Assembly: GCA_043821645.1 (NCBI GenBank)
Contig: JBDRCO010000068.1
Coordinates: 291,802 to 355,801 of the forward strand
DNA from: Pseudomonadota bacterium
GTDB lineage: Bacteria; Myxococcota; JACRCW01; JAFGSX01
DNA: 64,000 nt
Direction: 5' to 3'
Shown here: piece by piece, positions 60,215 to 64,000 of the stretch
How positions within the stretch are numbered: position 1 is the stretch's first letter
Layout of the letters: each line of letters begins with the position of its first letter
Notes under the pieces: generated by a model
Seen by the model: only the letters and a program-made list of their open reading frames with translations
What the model was told of the DNA's origin: nothing
Database searches by the model: none
Program-made: the position numbers and the translations under genes

Positions 60215-61537
60215 TCACACAACGATGATCTGCTTGTTGTTCAAGAAGGCTTGAAATTCCGTGTCGCTTCGCATTTCCGCTGCCAGGATCTCCGCCTGAC
60301 GGTCATAGCCATCAACGATCTCTCGAGCATTTCGCTTCAGGATCTCGACCGGATCGGAGAGCTTCATCCGCTTCACTACGAACGGTATGAAATATCGGAT
60401 CGTCACGACAATCGACGGGATGTTCAACTTCCGCAAGGCAAGGGGACCCTCTGCGTTGCACTGGACTGCAACCTTGCCGACATTCACAGCCATGACCATC
60501 GCGTGAGCGGCCAGCAGCATCTCGGTGTTCTTCAGGCTTTTCGCCGACGGAAACTTGATCTCACCGCAGCTGCGATATTCTCGAGCCAGAATATAGAATC
60601 GAACAACAACCTCGACAAGGGCCGGAGCCAGAGCCTGCGCAAGCAAATGCCGGATGTTGAAGCCCTTCTGGTACAGCTGGATGGCGAATTTTCGCACCTC
60701 GTGATTCGGCATGTCAGTGAGGAAACTCGCCCCAGGAACCGGGAGAGACTTGGCGGTCACGAAATCCGACAGCAGATGCTTGAGCCAAACGATCAACGCC
60801 TCAAGTCCATCGTAGGTGTTGAACGGGTTGCCGTATTGATTGACTCCAGCCACGACCTGCTCGAACCCCCCGACCGTCTGCTTCAAGCCAACGAAATTGC
60901 CGGTCTTGATCTGCCAAAGCGCGATGAAGATACGAAGAATGTCATGTCCCGGTGACATGGCTCGGTGGTACGGGCCACCGAAGCCAGGGCCTTGATAATC
61001 AATAGCAACATTTGAGTCCGCATTGATCTTGATCCCCGAAAACCACTCCTTGAGTTGATTGTCGACCCCCCCCGTGAAATGGTCTGCAGTCACACCAGCG
61101 ATCCCTGCAACAAAGACTGCCGCGAAGTCCCATCGGTCCCACTTCTCTCTCTGGATCGGGCTGCTCAGCTCCCGCTCGATCCTCTGCAGGTCCTTGGCGC
61201 TAAACAGCGAATCGAACTCCGCGTCTAGCAACCCATTCTTGCTGAGGTAGTTGAGATTCTGAGTCGTGATTTCTTCGTATGTGAGCGGTGCGGAAGTGGA
61301 TGGGGGAGGTGCCTCCTCCACTGCGGTCAGGTCGATTTTCGAGCTGCTTGGGCACTTGTCTTGCTCAGCCAAGCCTTCCTCTTTGAGACGAGAAAGGAGC
61401 TCGGCGCTTCTACTCTTCAAGTCTTCAAGGTCTGCGTCACTCTCGCCACTTGCTGTCTCAAGATCAGCGAGTCCCCCGTCGAGGTCATTCGCTTGATGCA
61501 CCTGCGCGACAAGGTTCTTTTTGATATCATCACGCAT
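60215..61537 (-). CDS. uncharacterised membrane-associated protein with His/Asp motifs (candidate defence effector)
   Basis: Lower-GC ORF; coiled N-terminus; hydrophobic stretches; YHRAMSPGHD and WLKHLLSD..T..SLPVPG motifs. Confidence 0.75.
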   Translation of the reverse strand: MRDDIKKNLVAQVHQANDLDGGLADLETASGESDADLEDLKSRSAELLSRLKEEGLAEQDKCPSSSKIDLTAVEEAPPPSTSAPLTYEEITTQNLNYLSKNGLLDAEFDSLFSAKDLQRIERELSSPIQREKWDRWDFAAVFVAGIAGVTADHFTGGVDNQLKEWFSGIKINADSNVAIDYQGPGFGGPYHRAMSPGHDILRIFIALWQIKTGNFVGLKQTVGGFEQVVAGVNQYGNPFNTYDGLEALIVWLKHLLSDFVTAKSLPVPGASFLTDMPNHEVRKFAIQLYQKGFNIRHLLAQALAPALVEVVVRFYILAREYRSCGEIKFPSAKSLKNTEMLLAAHAMVMAVNVGKVAVQCNAEGPLALRKLNIPSIVVTIRYFIPFVVKRMKLSDPVEILKRNAREIVDGYDRQAEILAAEMRSDTEFQAFLNNKQIIVV

Positions 61538-61539
61538 GG

Positions 61540-62082
61540 CTAGGCCGCCTTTTTCCACTGATTGAAGATATCCTCATACATCTTCACGTGCTCTCGCAGT
61601 TCATCGATCTCTTTCTTGTGTTTCTCTTCCTTCTTCTCAAGTTTTGTGAGGCGTTCACGCATCATATTCAAGCGCTCCTGCAGTTGCTGAATCAACTCCT
61701 GCGCCTTTTTGTGCTCGGCCTGTTCCTCGACATATTTTCGGAAGAATTCATCGGAGGCCAGTTTATAAAGTCGCTTGAACTCCTTCGGGTTGTTCTCGCG
61801 TAGGTCTTCGAGTTCTGCCTCCGAGTACTTCCCAGGAAAGGCCTCTTGGATGGCTCTCTTCTCCTTTTCACGCTCTCGCTGGATGAGCCAAACAATAATT
61901 TTACTCAGAAGCAGGAAGTAAACTGGGCCGACAAGCAATGGTCCCGCAATCAGCCCTAATGGCCCTGAGGCAATAGCCGGAAGGCCCAGACCAGCCAGCA
62001 GCAGAAGGAATTTTGGCTGTTTGAGGAAGTACTTGTGCCCTTCACCCCATTCTGTGCTCGGCAGAAATAATTCCTTGTTCAT
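61540..62082 (-). CDS. uncharacterised protein with Gly-rich TM hairpin and long C-terminal coiled coil
   Basis: GGAGG RBS, TATAAT at 62099-62104; stop 2 nt before the next start. Confidence 0.75.
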   Translation of the reverse strand: MNKELFLPSTEWGEGHKYFLKQPKFLLLLAGLGLPAIASGPLGLIAGPLLVGPVYFLLLSKIIVWLIQREREKEKRAIQEAFPGKYSEAELEDLRENNPKEFKRLYKLASDEFFRKYVEEQAEHKKAQELIQQLQERLNMMRERLTKLEKKEEKHKKEIDELREHVKMYEDIFNQWKKAA

Positions 62083-62249
62083 CGTTTCCTCCACAAGAAT
62101 TATACTCACTCTGCCTACAACCGACACTCGCACGTTCGCGGTCGACGACTTGCTCGTCCAATGTCGCTTTTCGTCTTGTTTCCCCCCAGGGAAGGTTCAG
62201 TCAGCCCGACTCAGCTCATTATCAAGATCAGCACCCATCCTCAGCGATT

Positions 62250-62978
62250 TCAGTACCGCCACTCCTCATGCGCCAGTGGCGCAGCATTCAGCATTTCCTT
62301 ATAGAGCCGCCACTTCGGCATGTGCCTGTCCATCAAGGCCATGAACCGCACGTTGTGGTGACGCTCGACCAGGTGCACGAGCTCGTGGACGATGATGTAC
62401 TCCAGGCACTCCACCGGCTTCTTGGCCAGCTCCAGGTTGAGCCAGATCCGGCCTGCGTGGGTGCTGCACGTACCCCAGCGGGTCCTCATCCTCTTGATGC
62501 GCCAGTCGGAAGCTTTGAGCTTGGTCTTCTTCTCCCACCTGGTCAGAAGCGGCGGCACGAGTTCCCGCAGCTGCTTCCGATACCAGCGTTGCAGGACCTC
62601 CAACCGTTGGCTGGCGTCCAGGTGCTTGCCTGCGGCCAGCTGGATGATGGAGGAACCGCAGATTCTCACTTGGGCTGGGCCATCGGTGTGCACGACCCGA
62701 AGCCGATACCGGCGGCCGAGGTAAAAGTGGCTCTCCCCTGTGACCATCTCCCGCTGCGTCTGCCGGACCTGTCCATCGAACCGAAGGCGCTGACGCTTGA
62801 TCCATCCGAGCTTGTCGATCACAGCCAGTCGCAGGGTCTCATCCGACGTGGACCTCGGCGCAGCCACCCGCACCCGGCCCGCAGGTGGATAGACCGCCAG
62901 ATGCAGATGCTTGATGTCCTTGCGCAGGACCTCGATGGTCAGGCCGCTCACGGTGAGCTGTTGAGGGTCAGTACTCAT
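62250..62978 (-). CDS. YgjP/DUF45 (M48-like) zinc metallohydrolase
   Basis: MRTRWGTC, YIIVHELVHL..RHH...F; overlaps the hsdR stop, a common arrangement. Confidence 0.9.
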   Translation of the reverse strand: MSTDPQQLTVSGLTIEVLRKDIKHLHLAVYPPAGRVRVAAPRSTSDETLRLAVIDKLGWIKRQRLRFDGQVRQTQREMVTGESHFYLGRRYRLRVVHTDGPAQVRICGSSIIQLAAGKHLDASQRLEVLQRWYRKQLRELVPPLLTRWEKKTKLKASDWRIKRMRTRWGTCSTHAGRIWLNLELAKKPVECLEYIIVHELVHLVERHHNVRFMALMDRHMPKWRLYKEMLNAAPLAHEEWRY

Positions 62979-64000
62979 TCTGCGCCTTCACCAGCTCCAA
63001 CATCTTGTCGGTGAGGTCATCTTCATCGCCGAGAATCTTCTTCATCGCCAGCCGAACCTTCTTCACCTTGAAATGGTTGCTGCGCCAGTCGTCTTGCCGG
63101 CTCTCACAGACAGCGCTGTGCACAGCCAGGGCCAATGACTCTTTGCGACCGAGGTTGTCGTACAGGGCTCTTTTGGCCGGGGTGTCGAGCACCTTGGGGT
63201 AGGTGCCGCCGCTGGCTGGATCCTTCACCTTCTTGGTCAGCTCGACGAGCTGCTTGAGGTACTCCTCGTATTTCAGAGCTTTCTGACGGCGCTGTTTGAT
63301 GAGGGCGTCGAGCAGCTCGGACATCTTCTCGTAGTACTTCGGGTTGACCGGTTGCTCGTTGATGATGACCCTGCGGACGTTGTTCTCGATGGTCTCGGCC
63401 ACGGCATCCTGGTTCTTGCGTATGCCCTCGGGCAGGGCTGCCACTGCCTCGGGGCCTCGCTCGACGATGAGCTCCACCAAGGACAGGTCATCGAAAGCCG
63501 ACACCTTGTCACTGGGGTCGGCCTGGATGTAGGTGTCGATGAGGTGCCGCATGGCCGGTTCGTAGCTTTTGAGGTCGATGGCGTCACCGCTGGCGAGCTT
63601 CACCTCGGCACGTACGGCCTCGTAGTGGCTGAGCTCAGCCTTGAGCTTGGCGATGTCCACGGCGCTGTAGCCGGCGTCGGTGAGCTCCCCGGCCAGATTG
63701 GCATAGGCGCGGACGAATGCCGCCACGTGCTTGTAGAGGGCGAGGCGCCGGGGCTCGGACTCCTTGAGCTGCTCGGCGTTGCCCGACTCCTTGGCGCAGA
63801 AGTACCTGATGTATGCTGCCGTGTCCTTGGGGGGCTCGACGGGCTCGCAGAGAGCCTTGACGGCCTCCCTGGTCTCCTCCAGGCGCTCCTTGGCTTTTTC
63901 CAGCCGGTCTTTTAGCAGTCCGGCCACGTCGGCCTCGTCGAAGCCGTCGAGGGCGCCGCTGGTGTAGTCCTTGACGGCAACCTCCAGGCTCTTGAACAGG
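62968..64000 (-). CDS. hsdR: type I restriction enzyme R subunit, C-terminal part (5' outside window)
   Basis: 'LFKSLE.A..DYTSGA.D', 'IDLK.YEPAMRHLIDTYIQA', 'AETIENNVR..I....NPKYYEKMSELL', 'DDWR.N..K'. Confidence 0.85.
   Translation of the reverse strand, partial: LFKSLEVAVKDYTSGALDGFDEADVAGLLKDRLEKAKERLEETREAVKALCEPVEPPKDTAAYIRYFCAKESGNAEQLKESEPRRLALYKHVAAFVRAYANLAGELTDAGYSAVDIAKLKAELSHYEAVRAEVKLASGDAIDLKSYEPAMRHLIDTYIQADPSDKVSAFDDLSLVELIVERGPEAVAALPEGIRKNQDAVAETIENNVRRVIINEQPVNPKYYEKMSELLDALIKQRRQKALKYEEYLKQLVELTKKVKDPASGGTYPKVLDTPAKRALYDNLGRKESLALAVHSAVCESRQDDWRSNHFKVKKVRLAMKKILGDEDDLTDKMLELVKAQNEY

Larger units (their letters stand above)
55901..64000. mobile_element. end of an integrated genomic island inserted in tRNA-Met (continues beyond the window)
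   Basis: Displaced tRNA 3' fragment with the native terminator on the outer side, followed by phage/ICE-type recombination genes and type I R-M; no integrase inside the window. Confidence 0.75.

Overview
High-GC bacterial DNA. Its gene content (many Cys-rich or DAA-repeat lipoproteins, an ECF sigma cluster, a hybrid kinase, atypical Hsp70s) suggests a Myxococcota/deltaproteobacterium-like organism, which is inference. Positions 1-55.9 kb are chromosome-like. They hold the mutY tail, a TetR-regulated ABC exporter plus serine hydrolase with two matching operators, and two very large Ig-stalk/12-Kelch surface lipoproteins plus a third deleted copy. They also hold an ECF sigma/anti-sigma/Spy-like cluster with twin divergent promoters, an HesB-like selenoprotein missed by the ORF track (in-frame UGA plus SECIS-like hairpin), a PAD/pentein-fold enzyme, an ABC-F ATPase, a MutS-domain-V protein, a DUF2760/Hsp70/Hsp70 operon, and many gene remnants. 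From 55.9 kb an integrated element begins at a displaced 3' half of an initiator tRNA-Met. It carries a DUF932 / small peptide / Rad52-like / PD-(D/E)XK module. On the other strand it carries the end of a type I R-M hsdR, ygjP, and an unrecognised lower-GC two-gene membrane cassette, which is the best candidate for an undescribed anti-phage system. All family assignments come from motif recognition by eye; no searches were run.
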